Shown here: positions 17,211-27,322 of the stretch, piece by piece
Layout of the letters: each line of letters begins with the position of its first letter
How positions within the stretch are numbered: position 1 is the first letter of the stretch
Assembly: GCA_965648935.1 (NCBI GenBank)
Contig: CBFGIY010000014.1
Location: forward strand, 1 to 40,480
Length of the DNA: 40,480 bases
Reading direction: 5' to 3'
Source: a candidate division WOR-3 bacterium
GTDB lineage: Bacteria > Hydrothermota > Tepidihabitantia > Tepidihabitantales > Tepidihabitantaceae
The notes under the pieces: model-generated
Databases searched by the model: none
Seen by the model: the letters and a program-made list of their open reading frames with translations, nothing else
Told to the model about the DNA's origin: nothing
Program-made: the position numbers and the translations under genes

Positions 17211-19676
17211 TCACGCCGGCACAGGGCGACGGCGCCGCGCGCGCACGATTTCGAAGGCGAGCACCGTAAGAACCGCGACCAGCGCGCCGAGCGACAGGAT
17301 CAACCCGAGCCGGTAGCTGGCAGAGGAGTAGATGAACGTCACCTCGTGCTCGCCCGGGTCGACACGCACCGCGCGCAGGGTGTGAAACGCGCGATAGACC
17401 TTGACGTCCTTTCCGTCAACCGTGGCGCGCCAGTCGGGGTGCCAGTTTTCGCTCAGCACCAGCAGGGATGGCGCGAGCGCCGAGACCTTGACCGTGACGC
17501 GGTTGGGGTCGAATAGCGTCACCGCGGCCGTGCCCGGTGAGGCGGTGTCGGCAGCGGCCGGCAGTCCGGGGTCCTCGTAGAGCAGAACAGTGCGCGCCGG
17601 GTCGAACCCGGGTGCGCGGAGTCGGGACAGAAGAGCGTCGGTGCCGCCGACGACCTCGGCGGAGGGCGCGAGGAAAGCCCGAGGCAGGGCCTGGGTGTTT
17701 TCGTAGACCGCGTACTGCCGTCCGATGAAGACGGGGCGGAAGCGCGGGTCGCTGAACAGGTAGCGCAGCTGCTCGATGACCTGCCGGCTGCGTTCGTCGT
17801 AGCGCGAGGGGTCGTCAGGCAGCGCCAGGCTGATGACATAGCGGATGTTGAGCAGGTTGGCGAACGCCGGGTGTATCAGGTTGCCGGCCGCAAACATCAC
17901 GCTGGTGCCGGCGCCGGTGAAGTCCTGGTAGGACTGGAGCGGGTTGGGCATCTGGCCGCCCGCGCTCTGGATGCCCGCGCCCATCAGCCGGCCGTCGTCG
18001 GACTTCTCGTAGTAAAGCGGCAGGACACGGTAGAGCCCGGTATCGCTCTTGAGGAAGGCGATTGCTTCGTCGTCGGCGAAGTACTCGCGCGGCGGCGGCA
18101 CGCCGCGGATGTAGCCCCGGTTCTCGTTCCACAGGTTCAGGGACAGGCCGATGTCGAGTGTCGTCAGCAGCGCGGCCGCGACGCCGGCGGCGAGCAGGCC
18201 GATGCGGCGATTGAGCAGCAGCAGTACGATGGCGCAGCCAATCGCGGCGAAGAGCGTTGCCAGCGCCAGGCCGCCGAGCAGGCCGGGGTAGTTGGCCGAG
18301 AGCGCCGCGAACCTGGCCTCGCTCTGAATCGTCGCCGAGCGCAGCAGCTCCTCGAGCGGGCCGCGCAGTGCGGCGAAGAGCAGCAGCAGGGCCAGCGGGA
18401 CTGCCGCTGCGACGACAGCGGTGCGCGTACCCCGGCGCCGTTCCTGGTCCTTGTGTGACTGGACGAGCCAGTCAAGGCCGAGCCCGGCGAGGGCGGCGAT
18501 GCAGAACGCGGCGACAAAGAAGATCATTGCCGGGCCGCGGAACTTGCTGACGCCCGGGAAGAGGTGGTAGGGGATGCGGTAGAGCGGGGTGTTGCCGCCC
18601 CAGGCCATCACGAGCGCGCCAAGGAAGCCGAACGTGAGGAACTTCGTGGACCGGTCGCGCCAGCGCCGGAACACGGCGAGCGCGGCGAGCAGCAGCGGCA
18701 GTATGCCGAGGTACTCGCTGTGCAGCTTGAACGGATTGCGGCCCCAGTAGGTTTCCAGACCGCCCGAGAAACGCGGCGTGAGCAGGTCCAATGTCTCGAC
18801 TATCGGCAATGACCAGGAGGTGGCATATTCCCAGCCGCGTTCCGAGCCGCGCGCGGCATAGGGCATGTTGGCATAAATGGGCAGGTACTGGGCCGCGGCC
18901 AGCGCGCCCGCGGCCAGCATCCCGGCGCCGAACATCAGGCACAGGCGCAAGGCCAGTCCGAGGGACCGCTGGCGGCGGACTTCAACGACGAACATATAGA
19001 TGAAGTAGGCGACGAGAAAGAGACCGGTGTAATAGACCTTCTGGATGTGCCCGGACAGCAGTTGCAGCGCCAGCGTCACGCCGACGAGAAGGAAGTGAAC
19101 GAGCCGGTGCGTTGTCATCCCTTTGTGCAGGAAGTAGAGCGCGAGCGGCAGAAGGGCGGAGCCGATGAGTCGCCCGTCGTGGCCGGCGTAGGTCAGAGTC
19201 AGCAGGCTCCCGGCAAACATGTACGCGATCCCGGCCACTGCGGCCGGTATGGCGCCGGCCTTGAGCTGGCGCAGAAACAGATAAGTGCCGAGCCCGGCGA
19301 TGGTGATGTGGAGCGTGAAAGTCCAGGTCCAGACGACATGCACAGGCAGTATCATCCTGAGCAGGGTGGTCGGGTAGAGCAGGTCGCCGAAGAAAGCGGC
19401 GAGCGTGGGCTGGCCCGACAGGATGCCGGGCATCCAGAATGCGATCGTGCCATGGGCGGCGATGTAGCGGGCCATGAATTCGCGCATCTGGTAGCCGCCG
19501 GCGCCGAGCCAGTCGGTGCCGAAAAGCATGCGGTCGCCGAACAGGTACTTGCCGTAGAACACCAGCGGCAGCAGGAACAGCGCGAGCAGGACGATGCGGT
19601 TCATGACCGCGTCGCTCAGGCTCGGCGCGGCGGCGGGCAGAGGTCCGGGCGCGCGGGTATGTGACTTGTTTTTCAT
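17211..19676 (-). CDS. YfhO-family multi-pass membrane protein (putative GT-C glycosyltransferase)
   Basis: Start MKNKSH with GGAGG; WMPGILSGQP...LYP, YLGILPL, KFRGP, NTQALPRAF, LVLSENWHPDWRATVDG. Confidence 0.8.
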   Translation of the reverse strand: MKNKSHTRAPGPLPAAAPSLSDAVMNRIVLLALFLLPLVFYGKYLFGDRMLFGTDWLGAGGYQMREFMARYIAAHGTIAFWMPGILSGQPTLAAFFGDLLYPTTLLRMILPVHVVWTWTFTLHITIAGLGTYLFLRQLKAGAIPAAVAGIAYMFAGSLLTLTYAGHDGRLIGSALLPLALYFLHKGMTTHRLVHFLLVGVTLALQLLSGHIQKVYYTGLFLVAYFIYMFVVEVRRQRSLGLALRLCLMFGAGMLAAGALAAAQYLPIYANMPYAARGSERGWEYATSWSLPIVETLDLLTPRFSGGLETYWGRNPFKLHSEYLGILPLLLAALAVFRRWRDRSTKFLTFGFLGALVMAWGGNTPLYRIPYHLFPGVSKFRGPAMIFFVAAFCIAALAGLGLDWLVQSHKDQERRRGTRTAVVAAAVPLALLLLFAALRGPLEELLRSATIQSEARFAALSANYPGLLGGLALATLFAAIGCAIVLLLLNRRIGLLAAGVAAALLTTLDIGLSLNLWNENRGYIRGVPPPREYFADDEAIAFLKSDTGLYRVLPLYYEKSDDGRLMGAGIQSAGGQMPNPLQSYQDFTGAGTSVMFAAGNLIHPAFANLLNIRYVISLALPDDPSRYDERSRQVIEQLRYLFSDPRFRPVFIGRQYAVYENTQALPRAFLAPSAEVVGGTDALLSRLRAPGFDPARTVLLYEDPGLPAAADTASPGTAAVTLFDPNRVTVKVSALAPSLLVLSENWHPDWRATVDGKDVKVYRAFHTLRAVRVDPGEHEVTFIYSSASYRLGLILSLGALVAVLTVLAFEIVRARRRRPVPA

Positions 19677-20632
19677 TTCGCCTCCGGAATTCGGCGTCTG
19701 ATGGTCACGGCGAATAACACGGCGGTCAGGCCCTCGCCTAGGGTGATCCAGATCCGCGACAGCAGGGCAGCGATTATCGCGATGGGGCCGGGCAGGACGA
19801 AGCCGAGCGCGAACGTGAAGATGCCCTCGCGGACGCCCAGACCCGCCGGGCTGATCAGGACGATGAATCCGAGAATCCACGACAGGGCGTAGCCGCCGAC
19901 AAGCATCGGCAGCTTGGACAGCGACAGCGGGTAGAAGGAGTTGATGAGCGCGTAGCAGCCGAAGCCCTGGGCCAGCCACATCGCGACATAAAGAGCGAGG
20001 ATGGCCGCGACGCGGTGCGTGGTCAGGCGCACGTCGAAGACCGGCTGGCGCAGGCGGCGGAGCAGGAAGCCGATGACCCGGTTGAGCACCGGGGGCCAGA
20101 GCAGGACAAGGCATACCGGCACAAGCAGGAAGGCGAGGTAGGTCTGGGCCGGTATGCCTGCCGCAGGCAGGAATAGCACGGCGAGGGCGAAGAGCAGCAC
20201 GGCGGCGAGCAGGGCGAAGCCGGTCTCGATCAGCGCCGAGACCGCGGTCTTGGCCTCGGGGATGCCGTGGCGCCGGGCCAGGTACATGCGTCCGAGAGCG
20301 TACCACACTTTGCCGGGAACATACTTACCCATCTGGGACACGGCGAGGACGGAGATGGCGTTCCACGTCGAGATGCGTTCATCCATCCCTGCGAGTATGA
20401 CCTTCCAGGTGAAGCCATAGAGGGGAATGTAGGCGAAGAAGATCAGCGCAAAGGCAATGACGAGCATTGGGACCGAGAAGCGCAGGTCGCTCCAGGGAAT
20501 CTTGTGCCAGTCGCGGATAAGCCGGTCAATCAGGAAGTAGAAGGTTGCGGCCACGATCGCAAGGCCGAGCGTGTTGCGCAGCCATCGCGGAATGAACGGC
20601 CGGCGCGGGACGGGCGGGCTGTTCGCGGCCAT
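19673..20632 (-). CDS. Lysylphosphatidylglycerol synthase TM-domain (flippase-like, UPF0104) protein
   Basis: SQMGKYVPGKVW and SPAGLGVRE motifs; polytopic. Confidence 0.85.
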   Translation of the reverse strand: MAANSPPVPRRPFIPRWLRNTLGLAIVAATFYFLIDRLIRDWHKIPWSDLRFSVPMLVIAFALIFFAYIPLYGFTWKVILAGMDERISTWNAISVLAVSQMGKYVPGKVWYALGRMYLARRHGIPEAKTAVSALIETGFALLAAVLLFALAVLFLPAAGIPAQTYLAFLLVPVCLVLLWPPVLNRVIGFLLRRLRQPVFDVRLTTHRVAAILALYVAMWLAQGFGCYALINSFYPLSLSKLPMLVGGYALSWILGFIVLISPAGLGVREGIFTFALGFVLPGPIAIIAALLSRIWITLGEGLTAVLFAVTIRRRIPEAK

Positions 20633-21744
20633 CAGCCGCGCGCCGGGCGGTCGGCCAGCAGCCTGGTGTAGATATCGAGGTGTCGGTCGGCAAGGCGGGC
20701 AGCGCTCCAGTTGCGCTCGACCCGCTCGCGCGCGAGGCGGCCCATCGCGGCGCGGTCGCGCCCGAGCAGTACCTTCACCTTGGCCGCGATGTCGGCCGGG
20801 TCAGCCGGTCGGAAGAGGACGCCGATCTGTTCGTCGATTATCTCAGGCAGACCGCCGACATTGGATGCGGCGATGACCCGCTCACAGGCCATCGATTCGA
20901 GCGCGGCGATCGACGTCGCCTCCATCAGCGATGGGATGACAACCACGTCGGCCGACGAGAGGACGCCGGGCATCGAGTCGTGGGTCTGGCCGCCGAGAAA
21001 GGTTACCGAGTCCGCGACGCCGAGCCTGCGAGCGAGGTCCTCGAGTTCGCCGCGCAGCGGGCCGGGGCCGGCCATGTATAGGTGGGCGGGCGTGTCCTTG
21101 AGGATGTGGGGCATCGCTTCGATGGCGTAGCGGACGCCGTTCTTCTCGACCAGGCGGCGCGGACAGACGAGCAGGACCCTGCCCGGGTTGGACAGCGTCG
21201 GCGCGACACGGCGGAAGACACGGGTGTTCACCGAGTTAACGTAGCACTCGACCTGGCGGCCGGGCATCACCGCGCGCACAGCATCAGCCAGTTCATTGCT
21301 GGCGGCAAGCATATGGTCGGCTGGCCGAAAGAGGTAGCGGAACGCCGGGCCGAGCAGCTTCTTCGGCGCGAGCTTGAGAAAGTGCGACGAGTGTATCGTG
21401 ATGACATTCGGTGTGCCGAACCGGGCTTTGGCCGCGCGCGTTGCCAACGCACTGGCGAGGTCCTGGGAGTGAACGATGTCAGCGTCAGCCGCGATGCGCA
21501 GGAAGGGGCTCACCGAGAGCATACCGAAGAGCACCCAACCCAGCCGGTGACGACCGTACCAGCGGACGCGTGTGACCCGGACGCCGTGGATTGTCTCCTC
21601 GGGGGCAAGGCCGGGCAGAGAGTCGGCACACAGGATGTGGACCTGGTGGCCGCGCTCGACAAACTCCTCAGCGATGTCCTTGATATGACTTTCCATGCCG
21701 CCGACCTCAGGATGGTAGTAGACGGCGTGGATGGCTATCTTCAT
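20632..21744 (-). CDS. Glycosyltransferase family 4 (GT-B)
   Basis: YHPEVGGME, RRLVEKNG, PSLMEATSIAALESMAC, SNVGGLPEII; start may extend to 21777. Confidence 0.92.
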   Translation of the reverse strand: MKIAIHAVYYHPEVGGMESHIKDIAEEFVERGHQVHILCADSLPGLAPEETIHGVRVTRVRWYGRHRLGWVLFGMLSVSPFLRIAADADIVHSQDLASALATRAAKARFGTPNVITIHSSHFLKLAPKKLLGPAFRYLFRPADHMLAASNELADAVRAVMPGRQVECYVNSVNTRVFRRVAPTLSNPGRVLLVCPRRLVEKNGVRYAIEAMPHILKDTPAHLYMAGPGPLRGELEDLARRLGVADSVTFLGGQTHDSMPGVLSSADVVVIPSLMEATSIAALESMACERVIAASNVGGLPEIIDEQIGVLFRPADPADIAAKVKVLLGRDRAAMGRLARERVERNWSAARLADRHLDIYTRLLADRPARG

Positions 21745-21807
21745 TGGATGGAACGGGACCGGGCTCTGGCACGGCACCGGTACCGCGGGAAGGTCAGGGT
21801 CGGACGA

Positions 21808-22065
21808 CTATGCTTTCTCAGTCTGCTGGCGCACGATACGTGATTTCATCCGGCTGGCAGTCTTGTGCCGGATGACTCCGTGCCGCGCCGACCGATCGAT
21901 GACCGACTGGACTCTGGGCAGCAACTGAGCGGCTTCGGTCTTGTCCTTGGCCGTGGCCAGTTCTTTGAGAGCCTTTTTGAGTGCCGTCTTGCGAACGCGG
22001 TTCTGCAAGCGCCGGCGTTCGCTCTTGCGGACTTGCTTCTGAGCCGAACGGGTTCTCTTCGCCAA
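21808..22065 (-). CDS. rpsT: 30S ribosomal protein S20
   Basis: TTG start after GGAGGAG; SAQKQVRKSERRRLQN...IDRSARHGVIRHKTASRMKSR. Confidence 0.93.
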   Translation of the reverse strand: MAKRTRSAQKQVRKSERRRLQNRVRKTALKKALKELATAKDKTEAAQLLPRVQSVIDRSARHGVIRHKTASRMKSRIVRQQTEKA

Positions 22066-22089
22066 TACTCCTCCAGAATACGATGCAGA

Positions 22090-22162
22090 TGCCGGGACAC
22101 AGAATTGAACTGTGGACACCGGGATTTTCAGTCCCGTGCTCTACCAACTGAGCTATCCCGGC
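22090..22162 (-). tRNA. tRNA-Phe(GAA)
   Basis: GCCGGGATAGCTCAGTTGGTAGAGCACGGGACTGAAAATCCCGGTGTCCACAGTTCAATTCTGTGTCCCGGCA; full cloverleaf; CCA not encoded. Confidence 0.97.
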
Positions 22163-22173
22163 AGAGTTGGGTC

Positions 22174-22201
22174 ATTCTAGGATGCGTCAACGCGTTGTCA
22201 A
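22174..22201 (-). promoter_or_regulatory. Promoter of tRNA-Phe/rpsT
   Basis: TTGACA-16 nt-TAGAAT. Confidence 0.8.
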
Positions 22202-22259
22202 CTAACTGCGGGCTGTCAGCGAGGCGGCAACATGCGGCCGGAGTGGCACCGAGCTTACC

Positions 22260-22288
22260 TTGACAATCGTGGGTGTGGCTCTTAGAAT
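22260..22288 (+). promoter_or_regulatory. Promoter of the pdxJ-secDF operon
   Basis: TTGACA-17 nt-TAGAAT, 10 nt before GTG 22299. Confidence 0.8.
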
Positions 22289-22298
22289 CCGCAGCATC

Positions 22299-23015
22299 GT
22301 GCCCAGTCTCTCGGTCAACATCGACCACGTGGCAACACTGCGCCAGGCGCGGCGGGAGAGCTTCCCGGACCCGGCGCAGGCCGCGGCATTCGTTGAGTCC
22401 GGGGGTGCGGATGGGATAACCGTGCACCTGCGCCAGGACCGTCGGCACATTTCCGACAGGGATGTCGAGAATCTGCGCCGCACGATCCGCACCGAACTGA
22501 CCGTTGAGATGGCGGCGATAGCCGAGATGGTGCGTGTAGCCCTGCGGGTGAGGCCAGACCAAGTGACTCTGGTGCCGGAAGTTAGGTCCGAGATAACCAC
22601 CACGTCAGGTATCGACATGGTGTCGCAACGCCCAGCTCTGCTGCCGGTTGTGCGCCGGCTGCGCCGGGCCGGAATGCGCGTGTCGGCCTTCATCGAACCG
22701 GACCCGGCACAGGTTCAAGCTGCGGCGAAGGCCGGTGCCGACGTCGTGGAGCTGAATACCGACCGGTACAGCAAGGCCCGACGACTGGACAAGTCATTGC
22801 TGGCCGAGTTGGTTGACGCGGCGCATGTTGCAGGGGACTGTGGGCTCGAAGTTCACGTCGGGCACGGGCTGAACTACCGGAATGTCGTGCCGTTGCTCGA
22901 AGAAGGAATCGCTGAGGGTTACAGCATTGGATTCGCGATCGTCGCCCGGGCGGTGGAGGTCGGCCTGCCGGCGGCGGTCACGGAGATGAAGAGAATAATG
23001 GAGGTCTACTCTTGA
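22299..23015 (+). CDS. pdxJ: Pyridoxine 5'-phosphate synthase
   Basis: LSVNIDHVATLRQAR, GITVHLRQDRRHI, TLVPE, GHGLNYRN. Confidence 0.93.
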   Translation: MPSLSVNIDHVATLRQARRESFPDPAQAAAFVESGGADGITVHLRQDRRHISDRDVENLRRTIRTELTVEMAAIAEMVRVALRVRPDQVTLVPEVRSEITTTSGIDMVSQRPALLPVVRRLRRAGMRVSAFIEPDPAQVQAAAKAGADVVELNTDRYSKARRLDKSLLAELVDAAHVAGDCGLEVHVGHGLNYRNVVPLLEEGIAEGYSIGFAIVARAVEVGLPAAVTEMKRIMEVYS

Positions 23016-24682
23016 AAGGCGCCAGGCTCAAATTCGCGGTCATTCTGGCCGCATTGGTGCTGGCAGTGTGGGCACTGCTGCCCACCTACCGGTTCTACTT
23101 TGTCATGCCCATGCAGCAGAAGGCGCTCAACGAGAAACTGGCGCGGGCCACGAGCCGCAGTGACAGCGCCCAGGTGCTTGTCGAGATTGCGCAGTTCGAG
23201 GACCAGAAGACAGCAGTACACAAGAGGGCGCTGAACCTGGGTCTGGACCTGGTCGGCGGCATGCACCTCGTGCTGGAGGTCGACAAGACGAATCTCAGCG
23301 TCGAGGATGCCCGCGATGCCGGCGACCGCGCGCTCGAGGTGATACGTAACCGCATCGACGAGTTCGGCGTCTTCGAACCAGTCATCCAGCGGGTCGGCCG
23401 CGACCGGATTCTCATCCAGTTACCCGGGGTCGACCGGGAGCGGGCCAAGAGCCTCATCGGCCAGACCGCGCAGTTGCGCTTCCAGCTCGTGTCCGAGGAA
23501 CGGGCCGCCTACGACGCGTTCAAGACGATCGACGAGAAGCTGCGGGCCGCGCCGACGACCGCGGCCGACACAGAAGCCGCTCCTGCGGCAGTGACCAGTG
23601 ATACTGGTGTTGCTATCGGCGACGAAGCAGAGGAAGGCAGCTTCCTTTCTTACATACAGACCGTGGGCAACGACTTTGGCGTCGACGAGGCCGATATGGT
23701 GGAGTTCCGACGGGTGTACGAGCGCTCGCGTCAGTTCTGGCCGGAAGGCTACGAGCTGCTGTTCGGCCCGCAGGAACGCCACGAGGGCAGGCGGGTGCGC
23801 CGGCTGTACGTGCTCAAGGCCGAACCCGAGATGCTCGGCTCGGCGATCAAGGACGCCCGGCCCGCTCCCTACCAGGGCTCGGAAGCCGGGCTGGCCAACA
23901 CCTGGATTGTGAGCCTGAAGCTTGAGCGAAGAGACGCGGCGACGTTCAGTCAGGTCACGGGACGCAATATCGGCCGGCGGCTGGCCATTGTTCTCGACGG
24001 CGTGGTGAAATCAGCGCCGGTGATACAGTCCCGTATCCCGGACGGCAACGCGATGATTACTACCAACGAGGTCAACCCGGACGAAGCGCGGGACCTGGCT
24101 ATCGTACTGCGGTCAGGCGCGCTGCCGGCACCGGTGAACATCGTGGAGGAGCGGTCGGTCGGCGCAACGCTGGGCAACGACTCGATACGGCGCGGCATCA
24201 TCGCCGCGCTGATCGGCGCTGTCGCAGTGGTTATCTTCATGCTCGTGTACTATGGGGTCGGCGGCCTGCTGGCCGACATCGCCCTTGTTTTCAATCTCAT
24301 CTTCTTGCTGGCCGTGCTGTCCGGGCTGCGGGCGACGATGACGCTGCCCGGTCTGGCCGGCATTGCGCTCACGGTCGGTATGGCGGTGGACGCCAACGTG
24401 CTGGTCTTTGAGCGCATCCGCGAAGAACTGAAGTGGGGCAAGACCGTGATGGCGGCGGTCGATTCCGGCTATGACCGCGCGCTGGTGACGATTGTCGACG
24501 CCAACGCGACGACCATCATCACCGCCATAGCGTTGTACTTCATCGGTTCCGGGCCGATTCGCGGCTTTGCAATCACGCTGGTGACCGGCCTGGTGATAAA
24601 CATCATCACGGCGGTGTTCATGACGCGCTGGGTGTTTGACTGGTGGCTGGCACGGTTTGAGGTCCGGAAGCTGAGGATATGA
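23012..24682 (+). CDS. secD: Protein translocase subunit SecD
   Basis: LGLDLVGG, RNRIDEFGVFEP, LRSGALP, GMAVDANVLVFERIREE. Confidence 0.97.
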   Translation: MKGARLKFAVILAALVLAVWALLPTYRFYFVMPMQQKALNEKLARATSRSDSAQVLVEIAQFEDQKTAVHKRALNLGLDLVGGMHLVLEVDKTNLSVEDARDAGDRALEVIRNRIDEFGVFEPVIQRVGRDRILIQLPGVDRERAKSLIGQTAQLRFQLVSEERAAYDAFKTIDEKLRAAPTTAADTEAAPAAVTSDTGVAIGDEAEEGSFLSYIQTVGNDFGVDEADMVEFRRVYERSRQFWPEGYELLFGPQERHEGRRVRRLYVLKAEPEMLGSAIKDARPAPYQGSEAGLANTWIVSLKLERRDAATFSQVTGRNIGRRLAIVLDGVVKSAPVIQSRIPDGNAMITTNEVNPDEARDLAIVLRSGALPAPVNIVEERSVGATLGNDSIRRGIIAALIGAVAVVIFMLVYYGVGGLLADIALVFNLIFLLAVLSGLRATMTLPGLAGIALTVGMAVDANVLVFERIREELKWGKTVMAAVDSGYDRALVTIVDANATTIITAIALYFIGSGPIRGFAITLVTGLVINIITAVFMTRWVFDWWLARFEVRKLRI

Positions 24683-24683
24683 T

Positions 24684-25586
24684 ATGCGACTAATCGGAGA
24701 CACCAAGATACCGTTCGTGGCCAAGCGCCGCACCTTCTTCATCCTGTCCGGTTTGCTGCTTGCCGCCAGCATCGCGGTGATACTGATCCGCGGATTCAAC
24801 TACGGGGTCGATTTCACAGGCGGTTCTTTCGTCCAGGTCAGGTTCACGCAGCCGGTGACGACCGAGGCACTGCGTGGGGCGCTGGCCGCGATGGGCGAGC
24901 CGAATGCCGGTCTGCAGCGTGACGACGAGGGCGATTTCCTGATCCGCGTCAAACCCAAGGAATTCGCCGGCGGCGAGACGTTCTCCACCATGCTCACTCG
25001 CCAATTCGCGACTTCGTTCCCGGGCAACAGCTTCGAGATCCTGAGCGAGGACACGGTCGGGCCGCAGGTCTCGCGCGAGCTGCAGGGCAAGGTGCTCCTG
25101 GCGGTGCTGCTCGGCATGGTCGGAATACTCATCTATGTCAGCTTCCGTTTCGACCTGCGCTTCGGCACTGGCGCCGTGCTCGCGCTGATTCACGACACAG
25201 TCATTGTGATGGGTGTCGTGGCGCTGCTGGGCCGCGAGGTGACCACGACGCTCATCGCGGCGATGCTGACGATGATCGGCTACTCGGTCAATGACTCCAT
25301 CGTAGTCTCGGACCGCATCCGCGAAGACATCCGCAAGATGCGCAAGGAGTCTTTCCTCGATGTCTGCAACGCCGCGATCAATCAGACTATGAGCCGGACC
25401 GTTATCACGTCCCTCACCGTGCTGTTTGTGACTCTCTCACTACTCGTCTTCGGGGCGGCGAGCATCCGCGACTTCGCGCTGGTGATGACCGTGGGCACAG
25501 TAGTCGGCACTTACTCGTCGATCTTCGTGGTCGCGAACTCGGTGGTCGAATGGGAGCAGGTGTTACCGAGCAAGCGCCGCAAGTAG
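24684..25586 (+). CDS. secF: Protein translocase subunit SecF
   Basis: GVDFTGG, VGPQVS, HD, GYSVNDSIVVSDRIRE, GTYSSIF. Confidence 0.97.
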   Translation: MRLIGDTKIPFVAKRRTFFILSGLLLAASIAVILIRGFNYGVDFTGGSFVQVRFTQPVTTEALRGALAAMGEPNAGLQRDDEGDFLIRVKPKEFAGGETFSTMLTRQFATSFPGNSFEILSEDTVGPQVSRELQGKVLLAVLLGMVGILIYVSFRFDLRFGTGAVLALIHDTVIVMGVVALLGREVTTTLIAAMLTMIGYSVNDSIVVSDRIREDIRKMRKESFLDVCNAAINQTMSRTVITSLTVLFVTLSLLVFGAASIRDFALVMTVGTVVGTYSSIFVVANSVVEWEQVLPSKRRK

Positions 25587-26083
25587 GCCGCTCTTCCGAC
25601 AAAGCGCCGCGCCCCAGGGGCGCGCGCTTTGTCTTTGCCGCCCTGCTCGGGTCGGGCCTGTTCACGGGCTACTTCCCGTTCGCGCCGGCGACGTTCACGA
25701 GCTTCTTCGTGCTGTTCCCGGCATACTATCTGGCCCGTCTGCCGCTGTGGAACGCGCTGGCCGCGGTCGCGCTGTTCGCAATCGGCGTGCCGATATCCTC
25801 CTACCTTGAGCGGTTCTGGGGCAGGGACCCGCACCGCGTGACCATCGATGAGGTCGTCGGCACGCTGGTCACATTCTTTCTCAACCCGGTCTCGCCCCTG
25901 GGTCTGCTGGTCGGCTTTCTGGTCTGGCGCTTTTTCGACGTCGTGAAGTTGCCGTTCGTCAACAAGTCGCAGGAGCTGCCCGGCGGCTGGGGGGTGATGG
26001 TCGACGACGTCCTTGCCGGAGTCTGTGCCAACCTCGTGCTGCGAGTCATCCTGCTTCTGCTGCCCGTCTTGCGTTACGGCTAG
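25550..26083 (+). CDS. pgpA: Phosphatidylglycerophosphatase A
   Basis: GYFPFAPAT, DPHRVTIDEVVG, RFFDVVK, GGWGVMVDDVLAG; start uncertain (overlaps secF). Confidence 0.88.
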   Translation: MGAGVTEQAPQVGRSSDKAPRPRGARFVFAALLGSGLFTGYFPFAPATFTSFFVLFPAYYLARLPLWNALAAVALFAIGVPISSYLERFWGRDPHRVTIDEVVGTLVTFFLNPVSPLGLLVGFLVWRFFDVVKLPFVNKSQELPGGWGVMVDDVLAGVCANLVLRVILLLLPVLRYG

Positions 26084-26086
26084 CCA

Positions 26087-27322
26087 ATGACGCATCAAGC
26101 GGACAAGGTCGAGATAGTTGCGGTCGGAGACGAGCTGCTCAGCGGGCGCGTCGTCGATACGAATTCGGCATACATCGGTCGGGTGTTGCTCGGACGCGGT
26201 TACGAACTCGTGCGCTCGACCCACATCCACGACGCTCCTGCCGACATAGGTGAAGCGCTGCGCTCCGCACTGGGCCGGTCCCAGCTTGTCATCGTGATGG
26301 GCGGGCTGGGGCCGACCAGCGATGATGTCACGGTTAATGCTGTGGCAGCGGCACTCGGGCTTCGAGTCAAAACCGATCCGGTTGTTCTGCGGAGAGTCCG
26401 TGCGGCTTTTCGCCGCCGCGGGATAGAAACGCCGCGTCCGGCCGAACGCCAGGCGCGGGTTCTGGACGGCGCCAGAGTGCTGGCCAACCCGGTCGGGATG
26501 GCGCCCGGGATGCTCGTCGAGCAGGCCGGCCGGCTGGTCCTGCTTCTGCCCGGCGTTCCGTCCGAGATGAAGGCGATCCTGCCTGACGCACTCGACCTGG
26601 CCGGCAGTCGCCTTGCGAGCAGGCGGCGGTACAGCCTGACCGTGCGCACGTTCGGCATCGCCGAGTCGGCAATCGCGGCCGCGCTCGGTCCCGTGCTGCG
26701 GAAGCACCCGGCGGTAAGGCCGGCGTTCTACCCTTCGACGAACGGGGTCGACATCGTACTGAGCGGCACCGATGCCGGTGCGGTACGGCGCTGCTGCCGG
26801 AGTGTCGCCCACCGGCTGGGCCGGAGCGTCTACGACATCGGCGAGCGGTCGCTCGCGGCGGTGGTCGGCGACCTGTTGAAGGCCCGGGGCCTGCGGGCGG
26901 CGACGGCCGAGTCCTGCACCGGCGGGCTGGTGGGCGCCGCGCTCACCGACGTGCCCGGCAGTTCGGAGTACTACAGCGGCGGGGTTGTCGCATATTCGAA
27001 TGAAGCCAAGATCGAGATGCTGGGTGTGGCGCGCAGCACCCTGAGGGCGCATGGCGCGGTCAGCGTGCCGGTCGCGATCGAGATGGCCGAGGGCGCGCGC
27101 ACGCGGCTGGGCGTCGATGTGGGAATCGCGACAACCGGCATCGCCGGCCCCGGCGGCGGGTCACGCGCCAAGCCGGTCGGGCTGGTCTGCGTTGCGGTCG
27201 CCGCGGGCGGCGTGACCCGGTTCGAGAGGCACGCACTGGGTGGAGACCGCAGGGCGGTGAGGGAACGCAGTGCCGCGGCCGCGCTCGACCTGTGCCGCCG
27301 CGCTCTGGAGGAACTGGAGTGA
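26087..27322 (+). CDS. cinA: Competence/damage-inducible protein A (MocF-like plus PncC NMN deamidase)
   Basis: VGDELLSG..VDTN, GGLGPTSDDVT, LPGVPSEM, AESCTGG, TGIAGPGGG. Confidence 0.95.
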   Translation: MTHQADKVEIVAVGDELLSGRVVDTNSAYIGRVLLGRGYELVRSTHIHDAPADIGEALRSALGRSQLVIVMGGLGPTSDDVTVNAVAAALGLRVKTDPVVLRRVRAAFRRRGIETPRPAERQARVLDGARVLANPVGMAPGMLVEQAGRLVLLLPGVPSEMKAILPDALDLAGSRLASRRRYSLTVRTFGIAESAIAAALGPVLRKHPAVRPAFYPSTNGVDIVLSGTDAGAVRRCCRSVAHRLGRSVYDIGERSLAAVVGDLLKARGLRAATAESCTGGLVGAALTDVPGSSEYYSGGVVAYSNEAKIEMLGVARSTLRAHGAVSVPVAIEMAEGARTRLGVDVGIATTGIAGPGGGSRAKPVGLVCVAVAAGGVTRFERHALGGDRRAVRERSAAAALDLCRRALEELE

